DNA of 64,000 nt from Tubiluchus corallicola (taxonomy: Eukaryota > Animalia > Priapulida), in assembly GCA_030141605.1 (NCBI GenBank), contig JAQGDQ010002370.1, forward strand, positions 151,167 through 215,166, in the 5' to 3' direction. This document shows positions 49,887 through 60,300 of the stretch, piece by piece (position 1 is the first letter of the stretch; each line of letters opens with the position of its first letter). A program made the translations under genes and the position numbers. The notes below the pieces were generated by a model that was given only the letters and a program-made list of their open reading frames with translations, was not told the origin of the DNA and searched no databases.

Positions 49887-50455
49887 CCCTTTCACTCTCT
49901 CGCTGCTAGCAGAAATGAAAAGACCGTGCTATTTACTATAATAAAAATAAATTTTAATTATTGCTAACACTTAACACAATTCAACTACGTGTACAGAAAC
50001 AAAGTCACTTATTGTATATGTGGAAAAAGGGCCAGATTAACGCAATTTTAATTGTCGAAAAGTTTGCAATCACCATTTTTAAGTTTAAACACAAAAAGTA
50101 TTCCCTAATTTTGTTATAAGAAAGCTTTTTCTGCATTTGAAAATCCTGACTCAGTACACCATAATGACAAAAGTTTGTGATTTTTTTTGGCTATTTTTTC
50201 TGATACTGCATTTTTTGCTGTTTGAAAAAGTTAAGATGCAACGAGATTTGAAATGTTTGTTTTTTTTGCAGATCATTCCCTGTCTGAAAAAATGACAGAA
50301 ATACCGATGTTGCTCAGTTCACAGTTCAAAATTTCAATTGAATTATAGGCTAGTTTCATTACTGATATCAGTATAAGAAACTTGTTGTAATGAATAAAAA
50401 ATGCATCAGCAAAAATATAATTCATAACCGATTTGTACATACCGTGTTGAAAGGG
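49887..50455. mobile_element. Possible piggyBac-like MITE
   Basis: Right end TGAAAGGG|TTAA and left end TTTA|CCCTTTCA: an 8-bp TIR starting CCC with a near-TTAA target. Confidence 0.35.
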
Positions 50456-51665
50456 TTAAATTTACACACAAACACACATGCTTTTCGTTTGTTGCATGGA
50501 ATGCTCCTAAAAACCAACTAATAGTTTTTCTAACCTGTTAGCCCTTGTCAAGTTTACTTTCGAAATAAAGGCAAATCAATTATACAGTTGTGTAAAAAAT
50601 AATTGTGAGAACAAGAAAAAGAGCATGTTAGGTTTTCAAACAGTGATCTGTTTTGTGCCTGAGTGCTGTTGAAAAGTATGTGTAGTAGTTTGTATGTTAG
50701 TGTGCGCTTTTCTGGAATCTAGCTTTTGAGAAATATCTGTGCAATCTGATTATAGTATGTCTGACTGCGTGACTGCTCTGTTGCTTTAAGTTTCACTAAC
50801 TAAAATCTCACGGCAATGTTGGAAAATATCCGACGTGAAAGAATGCTCGCGGCAAATCAGAATTCAAGTCACAGATAACAGCTCGAAGATTCAAAAGTCT
50901 ACTGCGTTGCAACAAAACAGTAAACAGTTCAACTCATTACCTTTTAAACATTGAAGAGAATTGAACATACTGTTTCGATAGCACCTGCTACCTAAAAAAT
51001 TTAGACAGGAAAAACTGTCAGAAAAATTTCTCTGACAAGCATTAGCTACGCAGGCACATTCTTTAACTGTGGGAATTTGAAGTTGCGAAGATTTGGGACA
51101 ATATAACCCTATTGTGGACATGTATCATGCATGTTCAGAGGTGTAACACATATAGGCAGTGTTACTGTAATTAGTCAGTAGATGACTTGGATTGGTAAAG
51201 AAAACATGACACGATGTTTACTCAGTCTCTATGTATATATAAATGCTATTTCATTTGGGGGTAAATATAAAGCTGTATCTGTGACAACAATATTCTTGTG
51301 TATTATACAACGCGTCCTCAAGCTGTAGCTGCTTATGGCAATAAGCAATCTAACCCCCTCTTTTATTACTTTATGATCAATAACTAGTCGAAAAGTTAAT
51401 TATAAAAAATGATTTGGTGGGGTAAATTAGCGTATACGTTTCCGAGCATATCCACCAGTGTGATCAGCCAAATGATAATTATTTTTTGATGAAGATTGAT
51501 AAATAAATGACAATATAATAGCAGCCGTAATTAGTTTCATACAATTGTGAAGTTGAGGAGTGAACATGTGACGATAGATTAATAAAACTCGCGAATATAT
51601 TTAATCAACTAACTTCCGCTGTTTATTCATTCAAATTCGTGGTGCTAATTTAATTAAAAAAAGCC

Positions 51666-51866
51666 TTAAATGGCGTTTACCTGGAATGCGTTATGCGTTA
51701 TCCATCTGCGGAATAGCAGCGCATAAAAATAGGAAATAGCTGCAGAAAAACTAACGCATAACACAGGTCTGATGAAAGGGTACATTGAAAACAATATAAA
51801 CCGATTTTATCTATTCCTCATCTACAACGCATGCGCATTCCTGATGCTAGCTAAACGCCATTTTAA
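51666..51866. mobile_element. MITE copy A (about 200 bp, TTAA-bounded, degenerate TIRs)
   Basis: Ends ttaaatggcgtttacctgg ... ctagctaaacgccattttaa. The body aligns end to end with the reverse complement of 52034-52246. Confidence 0.8.
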
Positions 51867-52033
51867 TAAAGTAAATCACTAGGCGTAGTGGTTTTATTTG
51901 CTTTCCTTTTTTCTTCCTAATTGACACCGATTTTCAGCTTCAAAATCCGACAAAATATCAAAAGGCTAAAATTTAAAAGATTGTTAATAAAAGAGGCAAA
52001 CATAATTGGATTACCTAAAAACTCTACGTCAAC

Positions 52034-52246
52034 TTAAGTGGCGTTTACCTGGCATCCGGAATGCATATGCATTATGCGAATGCGGACTAGACAAAATTGG
52101 CTTATATTGTTTTCAACGCACCCGTTTATCAGACCTGCGTTATGCGTTATTTTTTCTGCAGCTATTTCCTATTGATTTTTATACGCTGCTATTTCGTAAG
52201 TGGATAATGCGTAACGCATTCCGGATGCCAGATAAATGCCACTTAA
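52034..52246. mobile_element. MITE copy B (213 bp, TTAA-bounded, about 31-bp TIRs)
   Basis: Left end TTAAGTGGCGTTTACCTGGCATCCGGAATGC versus reverse-complemented right end TTAAGTGGCATTTATCTGGCATCCGGAATGC (2 mismatches). Confidence 0.88.
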
Positions 52247-54272
52247 GGCAATTGAATCAATTTTATAATACATACAATGAAACGTATTACGATAAAAGTG
52301 GCTTCATAAGCAATCTCTTAAAAAGTTACGCCATGAAATTCGAGTTCTTATAACAATTCTCAGCTGCTTGCATGACTGACTATCAAATCTAGGCCAATTA
52401 TACATTAATTTCGAATGACTCGTGACTTGTATCACACCGCCAGCTGGCAAATTAATAATTCTGTCTATTAATATTATTATCAGACGGCATAAGTTTTCCA
52501 AATACTCGTTGAATCCGAATTGAAAATAAACAAGATAAATATTGAAGCAAACGTCGAGGAATGTGCAGACAATATACATGGCTTCAGCAATGTTTCTGAG
52601 TAAAATTTGAGAAATGTGCTGGCTTTTAAATGTAGACGATCAATAGGGCAGTGTTTTATGGCGACGTTCTGCAAGGCGATGTAGCAGAAATATCTTCAGT
52701 TTTGTGAAGTTTATTGTGAGTTACAGACTTCGGTAGTCTAGAGAGATCAACATTTGAGCAACACTATTATTTTGAGCGCACAGCATAGCTTTTAAATACT
52801 GCTAGGGCTCTACGTTGTCGTGAAAGCACAAAACTAAAAAACTAATTAGTGGCTAAAACAATACCAATCCACATTAACACAGCAAAATGTACTGCCAAAT
52901 GTGTCAAAAAATGAGATTTTTAGAAATAGGCAACTATTAATGACCTTAATATCAATATTAAATAACAATGCATGTCTTTAGTTTCTGGATTTTTGAAATC
53001 AAACGTTAGGACGCCGAAATGATCGAAATGAGAAGAACTAGGCTCAGTTTGAATTTGAACTAGGAATCTTCGGATTACGTGCTTAATGCCATGAGTATGT
53101 GAGTACAGATTTTCTTTTAGGTACAGACCCTCGTTATTACATAATTAGGTCCTAAATAAATACCGATAACTGCTTTACTGGTGTGTAGGTTTTTATTACT
53201 GAATTGTTAGCAAATACATAATATGCAGGTCTTACCAGCCTCATCATCTTCACATTAAATGATCAACGTATCCCGCCTGTAAGACAGAGTTACATAACGC
53301 TTATATATACGTTCCATCACTCTGAAACTACAATACAGCCTTTTCAATTTGCGTAAAGCGATGTTTCAAATGCTAAGTCAGTTTTGTGCACATGGACATA
53401 ACCAAGGCCTGTTTTATTCAATCAACCAAGGTCAGGCATCGTGGTGCTATAATGAATCCGCAATAACTTGGCTTCAGCCACACTTAAACAGAAAGCTACT
53501 GTTGTTTGATTATTTATGCAGAGCCTAAAATCGTCCGCTTGCTAAATCAGATATCGCGCGTGGCATGTCTGTTTAGATATAGAAGACGATGGTGAAATCC
53601 CACTTGGGGCGAGTTGTTACTGAACAGCGCTCGTTCTTTTTTGTACTAAATAAAAATTTATGTATTAAATTAAACTATCATATAATTAATAGCCTAATTG
53701 ATCATGACCTACAGCCACTTTACGCATAATGAGTTAACCTAAATTTCTAAAGTTCAAACCTTTATGACGCTCAAAGTGAAGAAAGCTGCAACAGCTGTTA
53801 AGCATGATGGCCGCTTTCGCTTCAAGGAATGTAAAATGATTTGTGAAGTGTTGCCCGGTTTCTAGCGCATTTAGAATTACGTCCAGACACAAGCATAGTG
53901 CATTATACGTAGATTAAACTTTATAGTCTCGCTGTTAGCTATTATAAAGAAAACTGCTTTACATTTGGGTACTCTCTTTGAGTTTTTGTCAGTGTCGTTC
54001 TTGTTTCTATCACGATATTTCAAAATTGATACGATGCTCTGGCATTTTTCCTTTTACGAGAATGAGAATTGGCGTCTTGCCGAGTAAGTGGATGTTTATT
54101 AAGAGAATGTTTATTACTCTCTCCGTCAACAAACGTAAGTTTGGAATTTGGTGGGAGTGGACAAACATAGTAAAACTAATAAACGCAATCGCTTCATCAG
54201 AAATAATTAAGCTGCGAGAGAAAGCTAACCTATTCTGTGTTTCAGGTTATAAACTATGAATGAGGAAGAAGC

Positions 54273-56078
54273 ATGGCGGGATTTCTAACATTGATGATCG
54301 TCATTTTGCTGACAATCAGCAAGAAGCAGGTTTGTTGCTTCAAGTGCCCAGCAGAATGTGAATGCAGCATTGTGGAAAATAGAAGGCATCAAACACTATG
54401 TGTTAAAGGTGGACTGACTAGTATCCCACAGGGGTTTGATGTTCGGACGAATATACTTACAATCGGTGCACCCGAAAACGGCTCCAACTACATTCATGGC
54501 ATTCCAAAGGCGACATTTAGAAAGTATCCAAACATCGAGCAGCTTCGTATTACACATTCTAATCTTAATGGCATTGCAGAGTATGCATTCTATGGTTTAT
54601 CCAGCTGCGTGGTGTTAGATTTAAGTTATAATAACATTTCTCACATCAGTGAAAAGAAACTGATTGGCATTTCTTTGGTGACACATTTGAACTTGTATAG
54701 TAATAATATATCAGAGATAGCTTCTGGACAATTTGCACCACTGCCCCAACTTCGGTACCTAAATATGGGCAGAAATGATCTTCACTTGCTTCCCGCAAGA
54801 TTCTTCTTGGAGCTAAATAATTTGGAAACACTAGTTCTCAATGATAATCCGATAAGGTATTTAGACAAAGATGTGTTCCTTGATGTGCAACATAGTTTAA
54901 GGAAACTACACGCAAGCAATTGTAATTTAACTGGCATACACGAGGACACATTCAAATATATGGCAAATCTTGAGTATTTGAACTTAAGCAGTAATCGGCT
55001 GCATCCGTTTAAAAAAGGAGTTTTCTCCAAACGTCTGAAGATGTTAAAAGAGCTGTACCTTGATGATAATGAACTAATTAGCATTCCTGATAACTTATTT
55101 GAGGGACTCAGTTTAGATGTGCTGAGCTTGTCTCATAACAGGCTCAGTGAAGGTATCCTACCCAGTTCTCTGGAAGGTTTGACGACTCGAAGTATATCCC
55201 TTGCTTATAACAATTGGGATGAAATTGATCCCAACATTCTTGCACCGATTTCTGGTAGGTTGGAAGAGATAGACTTAAGTGGAAATCAGCTTGATGTAGA
55301 AAAACTAGACCTTTTGCTCAATATGTTATCAGAGCTAGTGGTGCTTAACCTTACAAACTGCAGCTTGAGTGAGCTGCCACGCAGTTCCATTCCATACATT
55401 CTAAGACTGAGTCAACTTATTCTCAGGAACAATAACCTATCAACTTTTGATCCAAAGATTGTAAAAGACCTTTCTGTGTATTCTTGCCATATAGACCTGA
55501 GTGGCAACTCATTTTTTCAACTTGATGTTGACCTTGTTGATGAATTAAAGACAGTTAGTGTTTCTCTTAGCGATAACCCATGGCACTGTAACTGTGTAAT
55601 TCGTCCGGTGTATGAGTGGATTCAGGAATTGTATCCAGTTAACTGTACTTCTGATCCAAAACACATCACTTGCTTAAAATGTGCAACACCTGCAGAGTAT
55701 GCTGGGATGTACATCAGAAATTTGAATGCAAGTCATATTGCGACATGCCCTATGGTGTTTAGAGCTAAACGCTTAAACATGGATGCAAGACTTGGAGTTG
55801 CAATTGCAGTTATGGTCATTGCTGTGTTGTTGGCAATACTAATAGCCATTTTCTGGAAAAGACGAGAAATCACTTACTACACACATGAGGAAGAGTTTTC
55901 TGATGGACAAAAAACTGATCACTTGTGGCGGGAGGAAGTTGATGCTAATGTTCCACTGGATGCATCGCTCGGTAAAAACCAAAATCCGGTAGTTGAAAGT
56001 GAAGGCCGGACAAAACTAATAGAAAAGCATAATGAAGGCAAAAAAGAACGGCCTGTCTCTTGGGCAACTTCTGTATAG
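54273..56078 (+). CDS. Leucine-rich-repeat type I transmembrane protein (signal peptide, LRRNT, about 15 LRRs, LRRCT, TM helix, short tail), 601 aa, single coding exon
   Basis: CPAECEC (LRRNT), repeated LxxLxLxxNxL, NPWHCNC...C..P (LRRCT), TM LGVAIAVMVIAVLLAILIAIFW and C-terminus ATSV. An in-frame TGA at 54261 fixes the start. Splice acceptor tttcag at 54240-54245. Confidence 0.93.
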   Translation: MAGFLTLMIVILLTISKKQVCCFKCPAECECSIVENRRHQTLCVKGGLTSIPQGFDVRTNILTIGAPENGSNYIHGIPKATFRKYPNIEQLRITHSNLNGIAEYAFYGLSSCVVLDLSYNNISHISEKKLIGISLVTHLNLYSNNISEIASGQFAPLPQLRYLNMGRNDLHLLPARFFLELNNLETLVLNDNPIRYLDKDVFLDVQHSLRKLHASNCNLTGIHEDTFKYMANLEYLNLSSNRLHPFKKGVFSKRLKMLKELYLDDNELISIPDNLFEGLSLDVLSLSHNRLSEGILPSSLEGLTTRSISLAYNNWDEIDPNILAPISGRLEEIDLSGNQLDVEKLDLLLNMLSELVVLNLTNCSLSELPRSSIPYILRLSQLILRNNNLSTFDPKIVKDLSVYSCHIDLSGNSFFQLDVDLVDELKTVSVSLSDNPWHCNCVIRPVYEWIQELYPVNCTSDPKHITCLKCATPAEYAGMYIRNLNASHIATCPMVFRAKRLNMDARLGVAIAVMVIAVLLAILIAIFWKRREITYYTHEEEFSDGQKTDHLWREEVDANVPLDASLGKNQNPVVESEGRTKLIEKHNEGKKERPVSWATSV

Positions 56079-57328
56079 TGTCATTATGTTTGTTTGTTAT
56101 GAACATGATTGTAAAAATTGCATGGTAAATGTCAAAACTTTTCAAAAACAAACATCAGAAGCTTATTTCATTAAATGAAAACTGGCAGTTCATTTGCATT
56201 TGTTTCATAGCACATTGATAAACCAAAGTATCACTAGCTAACATGTTTAAATGTTAAACATCACAAATTGATTCAGATAGCATAAGCAGAATGAATTTAA
56301 ATTTTTTAACGTAATTAAAGTGTCATAAAAGTGAAAACTGTTACTTATGCAAAAAGCACTTGAACAGAGAGTAATTCATTTACAGTCCAAAGTATTTTTG
56401 TGATCAAAGATAAATGAACACAGTTTAAAGAATTGAAAACTTTTGAGCTGTCTGGTTGTTGCTGTATAAAAATTAATTTTTTGCAGACAATTTATGTATA
56501 GCCTTGCTAAGGTGTAATGTCCTCAAGTCAAGTATCCCTTGAAAGTTTCTGTTTTTGTTTTCCTACTATTGCAGACTGTTTATAGTTTATACATGTACTA
56601 TATTATTGTCACCAAAACAATACAATTTTGTAATGTTATTTTATCTTTTGTAAGCTTCCTAAGCTAATTTTAAATATACCTTGTAAAATAATTATTTTGG
56701 TACCCAGTTTGTATGCCACTGTGTATATTGTATAAGATGTGTCACTATTGCCAGCTCGATTTAATCCTGTCCTCTTCTGTTCTACTTTGTGATTTTACCT
56801 GTGGTTTACCTTGTGTTAGATGTGTGAATGTATTTAGATCTTGTGCTTGCGTACGAGTAATCCCTTATTTAATAAATTATTCAAAAGTTGTTTACCAAAA
56901 TGCTCGGTTTTAATGTATAACAATGTTGTTTCATGGGTGTCAGGTTATGCATGAGCACACATGGTTCAATGGTAAACTTTTTTAAATTTCACGTATTAGT
57001 TGCATATTGGAATATAGGATTAAGGAGTGATCACGGAATTCCAAAAAAAGTAGAAAAACATGAGTGTATTAGTTTGTCATGCTTTAATTCAAAACGAGGT
57101 AAAAGCAAAAAGACATGATTTGCAGATTTAAAACTTGAAAAGTGCCTGAAAATAAATGTGACGAACATCATACTTAATTTTATACACTAACTTTGTGGAC
57201 AGAAAAGACTTAATTGTACAATATTAAGTCACCTCATAATTACTTATTTTTGTTGCAAATAAAAAAAATTACGTTATCTTAATATTAATAGTGGATGTCA
57301 CACCTTACAAATCCCATAGAAAAGTGAA

Positions 57329-60300
57329 TTACGATTTTGGTGGCTTGTGTTTAACAGCATTTGGTGAATCACTTTCTGGTACATAAGCTAAATTATCTAC
57401 TCCAGCACTGCTACTGCTTACTGCACTGCTTTCTTGGTGCACAGTAACCTCTGCATCCAAAGTACGGGCGTCATGCTGCATGTTATCTTCCAAGTCAAGT
57501 GATGCAGACATTAGACTAGGAGTTATCGAAGCCCTTCTCAATGTTGCTAATTCATGAGGTTGTACATCAAAATCAATACTTTCATTTATAAGATTCCCAG
57601 AAGCAGCAACTGATTCTGTGTTAGCAGTTGCATTTACACCGGCATCTGTTTGGCCAGGTAAAGCAGCAGTGTCCACATTTCTCGATGTGTCATCACTCTC
57701 TTTATATGAAGAAGATGTTTCTTTTGCTGACTGCTGTTGTTGAAGTGGCATGCCATTCACCATGGGTTGCACAATAGACACTGGACGTGTGCGGTCAAAT
57801 TTACTTTCATTCCACACATTCAGTGGGCCTTCTTGAGGAGCAACCTGGTTTTTGCTAACCTTTTTCTTCTTCTCTATCTTAGAAGTTGTGTCCTCTAAAG
57901 AGATGCCTGATTCTAGACTACTAGCAGCTTTGTTATCTACAAAAACAAATAATTTATAAAAACTTTTTAACACATAATAATGTCAACAAACAGATGATGT
58001 AAACTGCTTAAAAAAATATTTAATGCAAAATCTTCATTTGAAGCACAAATTTTCTACATCTCATACTTTTTTGAATCAATAACACCACTAAGTCTTAACT
58101 AACTAGTTTGTTGCTGAAGCTTAACTAAGGCCGCTATAAATTTTATTTTTGGTTAAGCATGTCTTAGGCCTGTGATTTACCAAAATAATCTGATGCCATT
58201 GAAAATAACAGCTGCATGTGGGTAACCAATATATAGTACAATATATACAGTATTGTTAATAGGACTTTCTGGTGTAACAAAACAACATTTTTATAGAAAC
58301 ACAAGTACACAAATTACACACCTTTAGGAACCTCTTTGGTTTCTTTATTTTTGTCAACTGTATCCAATGATGACGACATGGTATTACCTAAAGCAGAGTC
58401 CGATCTTTGCTCGTCATCCACTTTTTTATCTGACAGAACAATAATAACTAATATTAGTTAAAATAATGTGCATAAAATTATCTCTTTATTTTGTAAAATC
58501 TTTCTATCTATACTTTGCAACAAAGTAAGCATAAAAGTCTAGCACACTGAAAAAATATCAATAAATTGCCTTTGTTGAGAAAATTGCTCAGCATCTCAGA
58601 GTCAGACTCGACTTCAACTTGCATGGCACTGATTCCAGATTTGACTGACACTTATAATAAATGACTCGCTATTTGACTTGGACTCAAAACAATAAAGTAC
58701 TGACTTGATTAGTGGCTCAGACTACACGAACAGTAAAACAAACAATAATGATGCACGTTATAACTAAATAGTTAAATTGTTATTACTTGTGAAAGCATTT
58801 CAATCCCACGTTAGACCAGTGTTCATTGTCTAAAGCCATATTTGCATTATGCCTAAAGTGTCAATTCTTAAAGTCTCTAGGTTCAGCAGCAGTGTTTGCA
58901 TCTGCTCTGCACTCAGTTAAAAACTTTAATAATTAACAACATTAAACATACCCTTGATGTTGCATGAGAAAAACTCAAAATACATCATAGACAGCTTTTT
59001 TAACAGCAGCTTTTCTAAACTGGCTAATAAAGTATTTAGTTGCTCAGCTATTAGTGCGACTATTAATTGAATGGGTCTTCAGACAAAGTGGCTTGTTAGT
59101 AAGAACACACAGGATTGTCAGATAATGTAATAAGAGTAAATGTAATAAGTAACTAGAATAACTTCTTGTAGAATGTAATTAGTACTACTGATTGTAAAGT
59201 TACTTTTATGTCATACAGATACTCGGTACAACACCATTGCAAACTTAAGTGTAAAATCATTTGTAAAATAATTTATCTTGCACGGATAGTTTGATGTATA
59301 GCAAAACATCAACATTAGCCAATGTTTGTAGTAATAAATGTAGTGCAGTAATAAGGAAAATAATGCCAAAATTAACAACAACAGTCAATTACTATTAAAC
59401 AAGAACATGGGAATCGATTAAATCCTAAATTACTTTGACTTGAAACTTGATTTGAAGTGAACATGACTTAAGACTCGACTTAGACATAGACATAATGACT
59501 TAAAACTCAATTCAGACTTGGGTTTAATGACTCGAGACTTGGGCCAGAATGAGCTGAGACTTAACTCGGACTTGATCCCCAAAGACTTGGGACTCGACTT
59601 GGACTCAAGCTGAAAGAGTTACAACATTGCAGCATAACAACTTTATCAAAATTGATATTTACAATACTAATATTTTCAAGCCAGATTGATAAAAATAAAT
59701 TTGAAATCACAGTAATGTGGGGCAGTAAGTGACAAACAAATTAAAAGATAAACAAACACTCAACAATGACATAAAATCATACTTACTGTTTTCGTGAATT
59801 GAGTGCATCTTCAAGAGTCGACTGCGCCGTTCAGTCGTTGTAGGGCTCAGAGAATTCTTTAAAGAAATTTGGGTCTCTTCTTTTGGGCCTGAAACGGTTG
59901 AGTCATAAATAGCAACATAAATAACTACCAAACACTATAATTGATAAACTCACAGAATATATTTTATGAATTAATATCCCCTTGATAAATAAATTGGCAC
60001 CCATACTGTTGTATTTAGTAGAACTTTGTCAATCTGTACATCATTTCTAATTAACTTTATAACACTTACACAAGAGAGGTGTGAAATATCAGTTTTAAAT
60101 TACCACTCTGCTTTTTAGCAAGACACACTTATAAAAGCAGGTTAGAATTTTTACATAATAGATGAAATACTCACAAACATGCATAACTACAGTTAATGCA
60201 TATTCATTACATTCATTATTCATTATACTCATTTCATTTGAAAGTCTTTTGTAAATGTTTGACTGTACAAGCAATAACAAGGCAAATATTAACTTTTCAA

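Noticed and set aside
53040-53105. tRNA-like fragment (also ~8860-8915 and ~48665-48740)
   Set aside because: No cloverleaf can be folded. At most these are decayed SINE heads, not tRNA genes.
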